Shown here piece after piece: positions 24,173-32,360 of a stretch of 64,000 nucleotides of DNA. The position numbers were made by a program, and so were the translations under genes. Each line of letters opens with the position of its first letter. The first letter of the stretch is position 1. The stretch lies in the IMG/VR virus record IMGVR_UViG_3300036772_000557, positions 1 through 64,000 of that record. One strand, given 5' to 3'. The notes under the pieces were generated by a model. The model was not told where the DNA came from. It did no database searches and worked only from the letters and a program-made list of their open reading frames with translations. The stretch is from a virus.

Positions 24173-24966
24173 CATTCGCCGCGGCAGCTGATCTGTATAT
24201 CTCCTACCGGGATCCCATTAAGGCCGATGTCGGCCGCATCGATCGGCTCAAACGCGTGATCGGCAAAAAGGTAGTCGCCGACATCCGCCAAGCCGACCTT
24301 GTCGCCGCCGCCGATCTCCTGCAGCCCAACAAGGCGCCGGCGACGCGCAACCGCGAGGTCATTCGAATGGCCGCATCGATCCTGCACTACGCCCACGAAA
24401 ACGGCTATTGCGATTGGCTTCGGGTGAAGCTGTTCAAAGAACCGGCGCCGCGGACGCGCGCCGTCACGATGGATGTGGCCGCGGAGCTAATCGAGGCCGC
24501 TCCCGCCGGGCCGCACCAGCTGTTGCTGTTGTGGCTGTTCCGGCACGGCACGCGGATTAGCCAGACGCTCAGTGTGACGTGGGACGATATCGACCTGCCG
24601 CAGCAGTCGTTCCGGCTGTACGACAAGAAGGGAGGATGCTGGCGGGTCTTCCCGTTGCATCCGGAAGTGTTCGAGCAGCTCGCCGCGATGCCGGCGCGCA
24701 GCGGCCGGCTGTGGCCATGGGAGACGAAATCAGGCGTCTACAAGTGGCTTCGCCCGTTGACGCGGAAGCTGGGGATCGCGTTCACCCCCCATGTCGGAAG
24801 GCATTCACTCGGGACGTGGCTGAATGAGAGCGGCGCCGGGCTGCGGACGATCATGGCTACACTTGGCCACCAGGACGCCAAGAGCTCGATCCGGTATCAG
24901 GCCGCCGACATTGAAATCGTGCGAGCAGCAGCGGTGAAAATTGGCCCGATTGGGAGAAAAATATGA
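23983..24966 (+). CDS. int: tyrosine integrase
   Basis: HGTRISQ (R), DKKG (K), HVGRHS (HxxR), LGH, terminal RY. Confidence 0.93.
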   Translation: MPFKLIPPGTRKNNPFYLVRGTVDGRDIEVSAKTRDKAAAKRFAAELERELLARRIPRPGEAITFAAAADLYISYRDPIKADVGRIDRLKRVIGKKVVADIRQADLVAAADLLQPNKAPATRNREVIRMAASILHYAHENGYCDWLRVKLFKEPAPRTRAVTMDVAAELIEAAPAGPHQLLLLWLFRHGTRISQTLSVTWDDIDLPQQSFRLYDKKGGCWRVFPLHPEVFEQLAAMPARSGRLWPWETKSGVYKWLRPLTRKLGIAFTPHVGRHSLGTWLNESGAGLRTIMATLGHQDAKSSIRYQAADIEIVRAAAVKIGPIGRKI

Positions 24967-24979
24967 GTTGGTCACGGTG

Positions 24980-25195
24980 ATGACGCGACGACTCCCAGAT
25001 GGCGCCGTCTCGCGCGCCGAATTGGAAAGGCTCGCGGATATGATTGAGCGTCGCTGGCCCGACCCGCAAGCTTATCTACCAACTGGACCGACAATCAATC
25101 GAGCGTTCCGATGTGGCAACGCTAGAGCACAAATCGCGCGATGTATCGTCAACGGTCGACGCGCCGCAAAACGCCGCATTCCCGGGCTCATATGA
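24980..25195 (+). CDS. hypothetical protein
   Basis: Short ORF between int and attP; weak RBS. Confidence 0.3.
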   Translation: MTRRLPDGAVSRAELERLADMIERRWPDPQAYLPTGPTINRAFRCGNARAQIARCIVNGRRAAKRRIPGLI

Positions 25196-25196
25196 G

Positions 25197-25386
25197 CCGG
25201 GGAATTTACGGGAAATATGCTGGAGATCCGCAGGAACTCTATGGTGCGCACTCCCTTGGTAAGGGAGCGGCCGTCTGTTCGATCCAGACCGGCAGCACCA
25301 ATTTCCCTAAGCTTTACGCGACAGAGGGCGCCACAGCGCGACAGAACACACCGGCAACCGCCGGGGAATCGTCGGGGAAAATCCCC
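25197..25386 (+). other. attP: core is the 3' part of tRNA-Thr(GGT) (~25248-25300), flanked by arm-type repeats
   Basis: CTCCC-TTGGTAA-GGGAG anticodon arm, GTCTG-TTCGATC-CAGAC T arm, CGGCAGC-A-CCA; 5' half absent; CCGGGGAAT/CGGG(G)AAA pairs at 25197-25216 and 25361-25382. Confidence 0.9.
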
Positions 25387-25412
25387 AAGCGAGAGGAAAG
25401 GAAGGTGGTCGC

Positions 25413-25604
25413 GTGAGCACCCAACACTGGGCCGTCACCGTCGAGCGGAACGGCGAGAACGTCGTGACAATCGAGTCGAATTGTCTTTCTGGTCGCGAGA
25501 TCAGCGAAGAGGATGAAGAGGTGATCCGAAATTGTGCTTACCATCTCCTGTCATTCATCGGAGATGGGATTCCCGTGAGTGAGGAAAGGAAGGTGGTCGC
25601 GTGA
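25413..25604 (+). CDS. cassette gene, hypothetical
   Basis: Starts and ends in repeat A; ends EERKVVA. Confidence 0.7.
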   Translation: MSTQHWAVTVERNGENVVTIESNCLSGREISEEDEEVIRNCAYHLLSFIGDGIPVSEERKVVA

Positions 25605-25882
25605 GCCAGCCGCCAGCCATAATACGCGAGCTATTCGCGCTCCTACCGCCGCCCGGCTCGTCGTTCCCGATCGAGCGGCAGGCGTCGTGGTTCCGGTGCT
25701 TCATTGAGGCGGCGAATTTGGTTTACGGCTATGTCGGCGACTTCGAGGTCACCATTGAAGGGCTGAGACAATTCAAGCCATCATCGTACTACGGCGATGC
25801 CTGTGTCGGATGTCCTGGCCGATACCCAGTTCCAGCGCTGTACCAACCACAACCAGAGCAGCGGAAGGAGAGCGCGGCATGA
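25601..25882 (+). CDS. cassette gene, hypothetical
   Basis: Repeat A to repeat B; ends EQRKESAA. Confidence 0.65.
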   Translation: MSQPPAIIRELFALLPPPGSSFPIERQASWFRCFIEAANLVYGYVGDFEVTIEGLRQFKPSSYYGDACVGCPGRYPVPALYQPQPEQRKESAA

Positions 25883-26046
25883 TCGCTCGCGTGAGTGAAC
25901 ATAGCGAAGTCACAAAAGACCGTCTGGAACCTGGGGTTGACAAGCTCGGCGTACCTTTCTGGTCGTGCCCAGGATGCGGTAAACAATGGATCAAGACGCA
26001 AAGAAATTACTGTCCTAAGTGCCGCTTCGGCATGGTCGCTGAGTGA
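25879..26046 (+). CDS. cassette gene, Zn-ribbon protein
   Basis: CPGC...YCPKC. Confidence 0.6.
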   Translation: MIARVSEHSEVTKDRLEPGVDKLGVPFWSCPGCGKQWIKTQRNYCPKCRFGMVAE

Positions 26047-26064
26047 GGAAAGGAAGGTGGTCGG

Positions 26065-26223
26065 GTGAGTGAGGAAACGGAGCGGCTGAGAGCCGCCCTC
26101 AAGCAGCTTTTGGCCGAGGTAATTGCCGCCGGCTTCGAGTCGGCCACTGACTACAACTGGCCCAAGGCCATCAAGGATGCGAGGGCCGCCCTGGGGGAGC
26201 AGCGGAAGGAGAGCGCGGCATGA
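26065..26223 (+). CDS. cassette gene, 52 aa
   Basis: Hand translation MSEETERLRAALKQLLAEVIAAGFESATDYNWPKAIKDARAALGEQRKESAA*. Confidence 0.65.
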   Translation: MSEETERLRAALKQLLAEVIAAGFESATDYNWPKAIKDARAALGEQRKESAA

Positions 26224-26465
26224 CCGATAAAATGGACCATCGGCGACCTTCGTTGCGAGCCCTGGTAAAGCAGCAAGAAAGATTCGGTCGATCAGTTCGG
26301 AATATGCGGATTCACGCGCAACATGCGCGCGAACACGTGCTGCGCGGGTTACGAGAACCCGAGGATATGCGTGTCGCCTTGCTGGACGCCTTCAGTAGCC
26401 TCAGGGCCGTTGAGAGAGCATGGCAAAACGGAATCCGTCGCACTGAGATCGAGAGCGCGGAATGA
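26220..26465 (+). CDS. cassette gene, hypothetical
   Basis: ATGA-coupled via repeat; ends ESAE. Confidence 0.6.
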   Translation: MTDKMDHRRPSLRALVKQQERFGRSVRNMRIHAQHAREHVLRGLREPEDMRVALLDAFSSLRAVERAWQNGIRRTEIESAE

Positions 26466-26695
26466 CCGATAGAGAAGACCGCCTAGAAGAGGCGCTTCAC
26501 CGCATTATCGCTTGGGCAGAGGCGTACCCCTTGGACGCATTCCCGGAGCCGACCAAGGAATATTATAAGAAGGCGCACGAAGTGCTGACTGCGAACGGGA
26601 TGACGTTAGATCGCTTATCTGCCGCCGCCATGCGGCATGTTATAAGGGGAGTCGGAAAGATCGCGCGTGACGCATTGACGGAGAGCGCGGAATGA
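26462..26695 (+). CDS. cassette gene, conserved phage hypothetical
   Basis: WAEAYPLDAFPEP...MTLDRLSAAAMRH; ends ESAE. Confidence 0.65.
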   Translation: MTDREDRLEEALHRIIAWAEAYPLDAFPEPTKEYYKKAHEVLTANGMTLDRLSAAAMRHVIRGVGKIARDALTESAE

Positions 26696-26991
26696 CCGAG
26701 AGGAGCGAGCTTGTGGAACGATATCTCGGCATATTCCTTAGACATATGGAGCAATCCGCCCCGAACAGCGCGACAGCCGACAATGCGAGTCGGGCCGCAG
26801 AATCACTGGTCGACGCGGTCCGCGAGGAGGGGCGGCGAGGGGCCGTGGAGGATCTGGCCGAACTCCAAATGTATCGAGAAGCCGCCGTATATGACGCTTG
26901 CATGGGCGGGGCCACATTCAGAACCTGGAATAGATCGGCGCTTGACCGCGCTCGCAAAGTGACAGAGCAGCGGAAGGAGAGCGCGGCCTGA
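26692..26991 (+). CDS. cassette gene, hypothetical
   Basis: Ends EQRKESAA. Confidence 0.6.
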   Translation: MTERSELVERYLGIFLRHMEQSAPNSATADNASRAAESLVDAVREEGRRGAVEDLAELQMYREAAVYDACMGGATFRTWNRSALDRARKVTEQRKESAA

Positions 26992-27107
26992 CAGAGCCTC
27001 CGCGTTTCTTGGCGAAGTTGCGTCTGTGTCCGGCGCCCCGTTAATCCCGAGTATTTTACTGTTGCAATTCCCGCATTGCAGTGATAAGCGCCACAGAGTG
27101 ATCAACC

Positions 27108-27659
27108 ATGATCAAGGTTTGCGAGGCAGACATGACTATGACACCAGCGATGCTGGTAGCAGAGAAGACCCGGCTCACGGAGCGCATCGCCAAAATCGAC
27201 ATCGACCGCACCAGGTTGGCGACTGAACTGTACGACATCGAAGCCGCCGAGCGGGCGATGGCGAAATTCGGGACGCCGGGCGCCGCAGCGCAGCGCGCAA
27301 GGGGACGACCGAGGAAGGAGGGTATTCAGCCGGCGGCGACGGAAACGGTGCATGAGGCGACCAAGCCGACCAAGCCGACCAAGCCGACCACCAATAAGAT
27401 CGCTCGCCCGCGGGCCGGAGGGGCAAAGGCCGCCACCGGTAACATGTCCCTGTCCGATGCAGTGCTGGCGGCCTGCGCCTCGTTCTCCGGCGGCGCGGAG
27501 CCGTCGAAAATTCTGACCGTTGTGGAGCGGCAACGCGGTATCACCGTGCGTCCGAACCACGTTGGGGCCGCGCTGGCGCGCCACGAGCGTGCCGGCCGCC
27601 TGAACAAGCACGACGGGCTCTGGTTCGTGCCAGAGGCCGCCAAGGCTATCGCCGCCTGA
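27108..27659 (+). CDS. coiled-coil / AT-hook-like / winged-helix putative DNA-binding protein
   Basis: N-terminal coiled coil, RGRPRK, (TKP)x3, C-terminal RPNHVGAALARH..AGRL. Confidence 0.65.
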   Translation: MIKVCEADMTMTPAMLVAEKTRLTERIAKIDIDRTRLATELYDIEAAERAMAKFGTPGAAAQRARGRPRKEGIQPAATETVHEATKPTKPTKPTTNKIARPRAGGAKAATGNMSLSDAVLAACASFSGGAEPSKILTVVERQRGITVRPNHVGAALARHERAGRLNKHDGLWFVPEAAKAIAA

Positions 27660-27682
27660 GCAAAGTACGACCTGCAGGAATC

Positions 27683-27724
27683 AAAAAAGCCTGTCAGCCC
27701 CCCGCAAGGGGACTGACAGGCTTT
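27683..27724. terminator. intrinsic (probably bidirectional) terminator between convergent operons
   Basis: AAAAAAGCCTGTCAG-CCCCCCGCAAGGGGA-CTGACAGGCTTT. Confidence 0.85.
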
Positions 27725-27755
27725 CCGTTCTTTGATGCGGTGTCGTCTTAGAGGG

Positions 27756-28040
27756 TTACGGCTTCTCCCCTCTGGCGATAGCGATCGCCTTCGCTAATGC
27801 CCTGTCAGCTGCGGCCGTCGCGGGCAGCAGGCCGGTCTGCTTAGCGTGACCGAACAGCAACGCCGCTAGCTCGAGATAGCGATAAATGCGGGCGAGCCTG
27901 GTCCCGGCGGCCGGCGTCGGCGTTATCGACGTGATGACCGAGGCCGCGATGACGATCGAGCCCACAACCGAGAGCGCCGTCTTGACCTGCTCCGCGGTCG
28001 GGATGAGCTGGCTCAGCGTCGAGAGAGAGCAACCGTCCAT
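27756..28040 (-). CDS. holin-like small membrane protein
   Basis: VVGSIVIAASVITSITPTP...IYRYLELAAL..G.AK pattern; after lysin. Confidence 0.6.
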   Translation of the reverse strand: MDGCSLSTLSQLIPTAEQVKTALSVVGSIVIAASVITSITPTPAAGTRLARIYRYLELAALLFGHAKQTGLLPATAAADRALAKAIAIARGEKP

Positions 28041-28041
28041 T

Positions 28042-29139
28042 TCAGCGGCCGCAGGGGGAATTGAGCAGCAACCGGCGAAGGTCGCCGGGCGGGCAGACCG
28101 CTAGCGGCTCCTTGTCCCATTTTGCGCTCTCATTTGAGGGCATTGAAATCGCATGCAAATCCGCCTCCTGCGCGGGCGGGAAAATAAACATGGCCTTGGG
28201 TGCCGGGCCGTCCGCCCGCTGCATTCCGAGCAGCAGCATCGCAGCTGCGGCGGCTATCATCGGCACCCGCGCGATCATCGCCCGGGCCGCGGCCGCGATC
28301 GGCGCGAACACCGGGTGCGCCAGATCAAGGACGAGATGTGCCACGGCCGGCGGCGCCGCCGGCTTAACCACCGATATTGTGATCACCTGATCGGCTCCCC
28401 TCAGCGTCGTCGGGCCGAGCGCGAGAGGCGTGATTGCGAGTTCCATGCCCGCGATGCTCGCGGAGCAGACCGACGGGTCGTCGGGCGCGATCAGATCGGC
28501 GGGAATATCCGTCACTGCCGCGCCCGAGGCGTCTGTCGCGGAGAGGATCGCGATCGTGCATTGCTGGTCGAGCGGGATCTCGAGGAGCGAGGGGGGCGGT
28601 GTGTCGATCGGGAACATGGCCAAGCTCTGAGCGTAGCGGGCCGGGAAATTTGCATCCGCTCCAGCTGGCCAAGTCGCAATCAGCGCCGGGCTTACCGTAT
28701 CAAGCTGCCCGGCCTGGAGCGCCGCGAGCAGATCGCCGCCGGCACGGACTTTGAAATCGCGAACCGCGAGGACCCAGTTATTCGTGATCTGGCTCTGCGG
28801 CTCGACCTTGGAGTCGCCGGTCAGCGCGGCGATCTCGCCATAAGTCTGCGGCTCGTCCTGCCATACCCCGAAAGCGTGCGTGTTGTGCGCGGCATTGCCG
28901 CCCCAAGCGGGAAAGACGTCGAGCGCGTCGGTCCATTGGTGAAACCCGAATTCGCACCGGAACGGCGACCAGCTGTAGGGCCAGGCGAGCGGATCGCCGA
29001 CCAGCGACTCGATCGATAGTGCGAGCATGGCCGCCTTGGCCTCTCGCGGGAGCGGCGATTTCGCGAGCTCGGCGATGACCTCACGCGCCGGGATGAAACT
29101 GATAGTCGCGGGGAGCCCCTCGACGGCAAGATCCGACAT
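28042..29139 (-). CDS. putative endolysin (lambda-lysozyme-like N-domain) with Ig-like and hydrophobic C-terminal extension
   Basis: IES...HAFGVWQDEPQTY...EPQSQ...LLAALQAG...LIATWP resembles the AAGRYQF..TW..FSP.SQD..W.SLP fold. Confidence 0.6.
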   Translation of the reverse strand: MSDLAVEGLPATISFIPAREVIAELAKSPLPREAKAAMLALSIESLVGDPLAWPYSWSPFRCEFGFHQWTDALDVFPAWGGNAAHNTHAFGVWQDEPQTYGEIAALTGDSKVEPQSQITNNWVLAVRDFKVRAGGDLLAALQAGQLDTVSPALIATWPAGADANFPARYAQSLAMFPIDTPPPSLLEIPLDQQCTIAILSATDASGAAVTDIPADLIAPDDPSVCSASIAGMELAITPLALGPTTLRGADQVITISVVKPAAPPAVAHLVLDLAHPVFAPIAAAARAMIARVPMIAAAAAMLLLGMQRADGPAPKAMFIFPPAQEADLHAISMPSNESAKWDKEPLAVCPPGDLRRLLLNSPCGR

Positions 29140-29178
29140 TGCGTCTCTACCTTTGGGAAAGCGCCGTGGCGCTAATTG

Positions 29179-29631
29179 TCAGGAGCGAGGCTCTCTCGAC
29201 TGAGCCTGCAAATAGCACCAGAGCAGCGCTCCAACATGGAACGCGGCGGCCAGCATCGCGGGCGACTGATCGGCGATCAGAAAGGAATGATGGCGAGGCA
29301 CGCCATCGGCGAACGTTGCGAGCCGCATCGCTTGCCACGCACTCAAGGCGGCCACCAACAGAACAATCTGCTGAGGCAGCATGCACGCCACCGTGCTAAG
29401 CCCGCGCATCTGCCGGAGGAGCGGCACCAGGGCAAGGCCAGCAACGAACACGAGCAGCCACGGAAGTGTTGGGCCGATCTCGGCCAATTGGGATACGGCC
29501 GTGACGGATCTCGGCCCGTCCGGAGTCGGATCAATCCACAGGGTCAGCGCCCACACGAGATGCAATGACGAGCAATACCCAACGATCAAATGACCGCGAA
29601 AACGCATCAGGCTGCGGTGCAATTCACTCAT
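29179..29631 (-). CDS. membrane protein (about 4 TM)
   Basis: Hydrophobic segments; ATGA-coupled. Confidence 0.6.
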   Translation of the reverse strand: MSELHRSLMRFRGHLIVGYCSSLHLVWALTLWIDPTPDGPRSVTAVSQLAEIGPTLPWLLVFVAGLALVPLLRQMRGLSTVACMLPQQIVLLVAALSAWQAMRLATFADGVPRHHSFLIADQSPAMLAAAFHVGALLWCYLQAQSREPRS

Positions 29632-30020
29632 GAACCCAGCAGCCCATACGCCAGGAGATATGCGGCGATTAGGGAAGCGATCAGGCCGCGGACAATTATT
29701 TCTACGGCAATCCGCTGGTCTGAGAATGAATGAGAGATCCGCCAGCACGGTACTAGGTGGACGATTGTCCCTGCCAGAATCATCGCGTCTGGAAGGATCA
29801 CCAAATCGACAACCGGCAGGTTCTCAATGTTGTTATGGAAGAAATTGAAATGTCGTAAAAAGGTCCCAGCCTGCACCAGGGCGATCCCTAGCATCAGGAC
29901 CGGCAACAGGCCCGCCGCCGCATCGGTTCGCACCTTGCGCCACCACAGGGCGTAGCGGATGCTGGTCTCGCAGCAGACGCCGATCAGCAGGAGGCGCAGG
30001 ACCAGAACCAGGATGTTCAT
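29628..30020 (-). CDS. membrane protein (about 4 TM)
   Basis: Hydrophobic segments; GGAG RBS. Confidence 0.65.
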   Translation of the reverse strand: MNILVLVLRLLLIGVCCETSIRYALWWRKVRTDAAAGLLPVLMLGIALVQAGTFLRHFNFFHNNIENLPVVDLVILPDAMILAGTIVHLVPCWRISHSFSDQRIAVEIIVRGLIASLIAAYLLAYGLLGS

Positions 30021-30196
30021 TGCCGGAGGGCCCGCTCCAACCTCCGGAGCTCCTCCCGCAACTTCAGCGCTTCCGTATGCATGTGTTCGGCCGCGCGAGT
30101 CATCGCGCGCCGCTCTGGCTCATCGCGCAATGGCGCGATCGGGAACAATTTTAGGCACTCCACAATTACTGTCATCATGCGCCTCAAGCGGTTCAT
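30017..30196 (-). CDS. small coiled-coil protein
   Basis: ATGA-coupled. Confidence 0.5.
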   Translation of the reverse strand: MNRLRRMMTVIVECLKLFPIAPLRDEPERRAMTRAAEHMHTEALKLREELRRLERALRQ

Positions 30197-30456
30197 CGTC
30201 GCCACGACCCGGGAAAGATTTGCCCGCGAAGCTCGGCTATTTGAATTGTCAGGGTCGCTAGGGAATCCGCTATCGCCTCGAAGGCTTTGGCGCGGACCGC
30301 GGCTTCTTCTTTGGCGGTCAGCCTGTCGCGTTCTCGGTCGATCCTGGACTGGTTGAACAGCCAGGCTTGATAGATATTGCCGAGCAGCAAAGTCAGAGCG
30401 ACGGTGCCGATCGCGCTCTGTAACGCCTCGATCAGGCCGTTATAGAGCGCGCCCAT
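30193..30456 (-). CDS. TM + coiled-coil protein (holin/antiholin-like)
   Basis: IGTVALTLLLGNIYQAWLF followed by coiled coil. Confidence 0.55.
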   Translation of the reverse strand: MGALYNGLIEALQSAIGTVALTLLLGNIYQAWLFNQSRIDRERDRLTAKEEAAVRAKAFEAIADSLATLTIQIAELRGQIFPGSWRR

Positions 30457-30461
30457 CGCCT

Positions 30462-30671
30462 TTAGCGCCGGCGCCCGACGATGCGGATCCCGCGCGGCCC
30501 GAAGCTCAGCGTTTTGGTTTCGGTGGTCCCGTATGCGGTGACCTGCAGGCAGCACTCCCCGGTAGTCTCGTCGGCGGCAACGATTTCGCCCGGCACATCG
30601 GTGTAGTTGTCGGTACGGACGATCCTGTAACGCCGCTTGACGGCGTCGGTTTGCCAGCCTTCGAGTTTCAT
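30462..30671 (-). CDS. hypothetical protein
   Basis: GGAGG RBS. Confidence 0.6.
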   Translation of the reverse strand: MKLEGWQTDAVKRRYRIVRTDNYTDVPGEIVAADETTGECCLQVTAYGTTETKTLSFGPRGIRIVGRRR

Positions 30672-30685
30672 TTGGTAGCCTCCAT

Positions 30686-31147
30686 TTAAAATAGCCGCAT
30701 CTTGACGGCTGCGCCTGCAGCATCCGCGGCGGTGATTGACAACTGTTTGGTCCCGTCGTCCCCGACGGTGAGCGAGCGCGCCAGCACCAGCTGCATCCCC
30801 CGAACGGCAATAAAGCTGGGATCGCTAGAAGTCAGCGTAATTGCGCCGACGGCCGGAACCGTTCCGTCCGAATATTGCACGGTGGCGGTGGCAACTACGG
30901 TGCCGGCTGGAGAATTATCCGGGATGCTCGGAGCCGGCGGCGCGACCGACATCACCAGCGTGCGCGCGGGTGGCGGCGGTGGGTTTTTAATGGTGACCAG
31001 CGAGCGCGAGTTCGTGTCTGTATTAACGAGCAGGTTTAACAGCAGGGTTTTCTTCGCGTCATAGATGCGGATCGCCACCTGTTTTGACGGCAGCTTGGCC
31101 TCGTCGATAACGATGCTGTGCGCATTCGCGAGTGTTTGGGCGGCCAT
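30686..31147 (-). CDS. virion-associated protein with cadherin-like domain
   Basis: PSIPDNSPAGTVVATATVQYSDG...LVLARSL. Confidence 0.6.
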   Translation of the reverse strand: MAAQTLANAHSIVIDEAKLPSKQVAIRIYDAKKTLLLNLLVNTDTNSRSLVTIKNPPPPPARTLVMSVAPPAPSIPDNSPAGTVVATATVQYSDGTVPAVGAITLTSSDPSFIAVRGMQLVLARSLTVGDDGTKQLSITAADAAGAAVKMRLF

Positions 31148-32250
31148 CAGGACAAGTCCTCTTCGGCACAGATCTCAAAGTCAAGAATCGCGCCGCTCGG
31201 CAACGTATCGCCGTTGCAATTGATGCAGATGAAATCATTGAGCCCGCGTAGCTCGATAGCCTTAACCGTGTCGCCGAAGGTCCAGATCGCGTCCGTACTC
31301 GGTCCGGTCGCCGCGACGTTCAGATACATGCGCTTGACGCCGGCATGGCCGCCTGCCGCAGTGCCGAGCGACCCGTAATTCGCGGTCTGGACATAGGAGA
31401 CCGTGAGCGTCGCCGCCGCATCGTTGATGTCGTGCTGGAAAGCCGTGATTGCGGTAAGCGTCGCCGATCCGAGTGTCCCGGCCGTCGAGCGCCGGATTAT
31501 CTGGGCTGTAAGCTGGCCGGCTGTCGTCGCTTTGCCGCCGACCTTGATGTATTTGATGCGGCCGGTCTTCGAAGCCGAGCCCTGGATCACGAGCACGTCG
31601 GTTGGCGTCGCTACCGGCGTGATGCCGGTCACCGAATAGCGATAGGTCGCCTTGGTCCCGTCTTGTGAGACAAGCGTAACCCCGGGACCGCCCGGCGCCT
31701 GCCGCGCTTGGTTGAACTTAAAAGCCGACGCGGTGTACGACGCGGTGTGCGTGAACAACGCGCCGCCGGCAGGGAACTGCACAGAGATGCTGGTGTTGGC
31801 GACGACCGCGGTGATCAGCGCCGATTCGTAGCTCGCCGTTCCGGGCTCGAAATTGGCCGTCCCGCCGACCACAAATCCGGTCGTGTTGGCGGTATTGAGT
31901 GTCGCCGTAACCGTTGCGGCAGCGCACGACGAGGTCATGGTCGTGAGAAATTCCTGTGCGAGGCTCGGCGCCGACGCGGGCACACCCCTCGCGGAAATCA
32001 GGTCGGAGCCGGCGTTGCGGAGCACGTCGAAATAGAGGCCCGCAGCGTTGCGCACCTTGACGACCGCGCCGACCAGCATGCTGTAGACGCCGCTGCCCAG
32101 GTTCTGGTTCTCGGCCGTATGGTTATCCACCACCGCCTGAACGCCGGTGACCGGGTCGGTGACGGAGGAGGAACTGACGTGCTGGCCGCTGACGACCTGA
32201 GTTTTCAGCGTCTGCGTGGTGCCGGAGGCGTCGGTAATATTAAGAGCCAA
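31147..32250 (-). CDS. putative minor virion / fibre protein
   Basis: Thr/Ala/Gly-rich beta protein; KATYRY...TPTDVLVIQGSASKT domain; TTG start with GGAG RBS. Confidence 0.6.
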   Translation of the reverse strand: MALNITDASGTTQTLKTQVVSGQHVSSSSVTDPVTGVQAVVDNHTAENQNLGSGVYSMLVGAVVKVRNAAGLYFDVLRNAGSDLISARGVPASAPSLAQEFLTTMTSSCAAATVTATLNTANTTGFVVGGTANFEPGTASYESALITAVVANTSISVQFPAGGALFTHTASYTASAFKFNQARQAPGGPGVTLVSQDGTKATYRYSVTGITPVATPTDVLVIQGSASKTGRIKYIKVGGKATTAGQLTAQIIRRSTAGTLGSATLTAITAFQHDINDAAATLTVSYVQTANYGSLGTAAGGHAGVKRMYLNVAATGPSTDAIWTFGDTVKAIELRGLNDFICINCNGDTLPSGAILDFEICAEEDLS

Positions 32251-32360
32251 TGCAAATGCTCCGCGAGAAATAAAAGATCAAGACCAAAGGAACCACCAAT
32301 AACGGCGTGCACTATGCCGCCCAGCGGTAAGCGTCGCCAACAAACAGAGATCCATTTGAT

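Larger units (their letters stand above)
25393..26991 (+). repeat. two families of gene-junction direct repeats
   Basis: GAGGAAAGGAAGGTGGTCG(C/G)GTGAG at 25393, 25581, 26045; GAGCAGCGGAAGGAGAGCGCGGC(A/C)TGA at 25856, 26197, 26965; GAGAGCGCGGAATGA at 26451, 26681. Confidence 0.95.

Noticed and set aside
25225-25300. Complete tRNA-Thr gene
   Set aside because: The 5' acceptor strand (expected GCTGCCG) and D arm are missing; it is the attP core.
27360-27390. (ACCAAGCCG)x3 as a regulatory repeat
   Set aside because: In-frame TKP tandem within a low-complexity linker of a coding gene.
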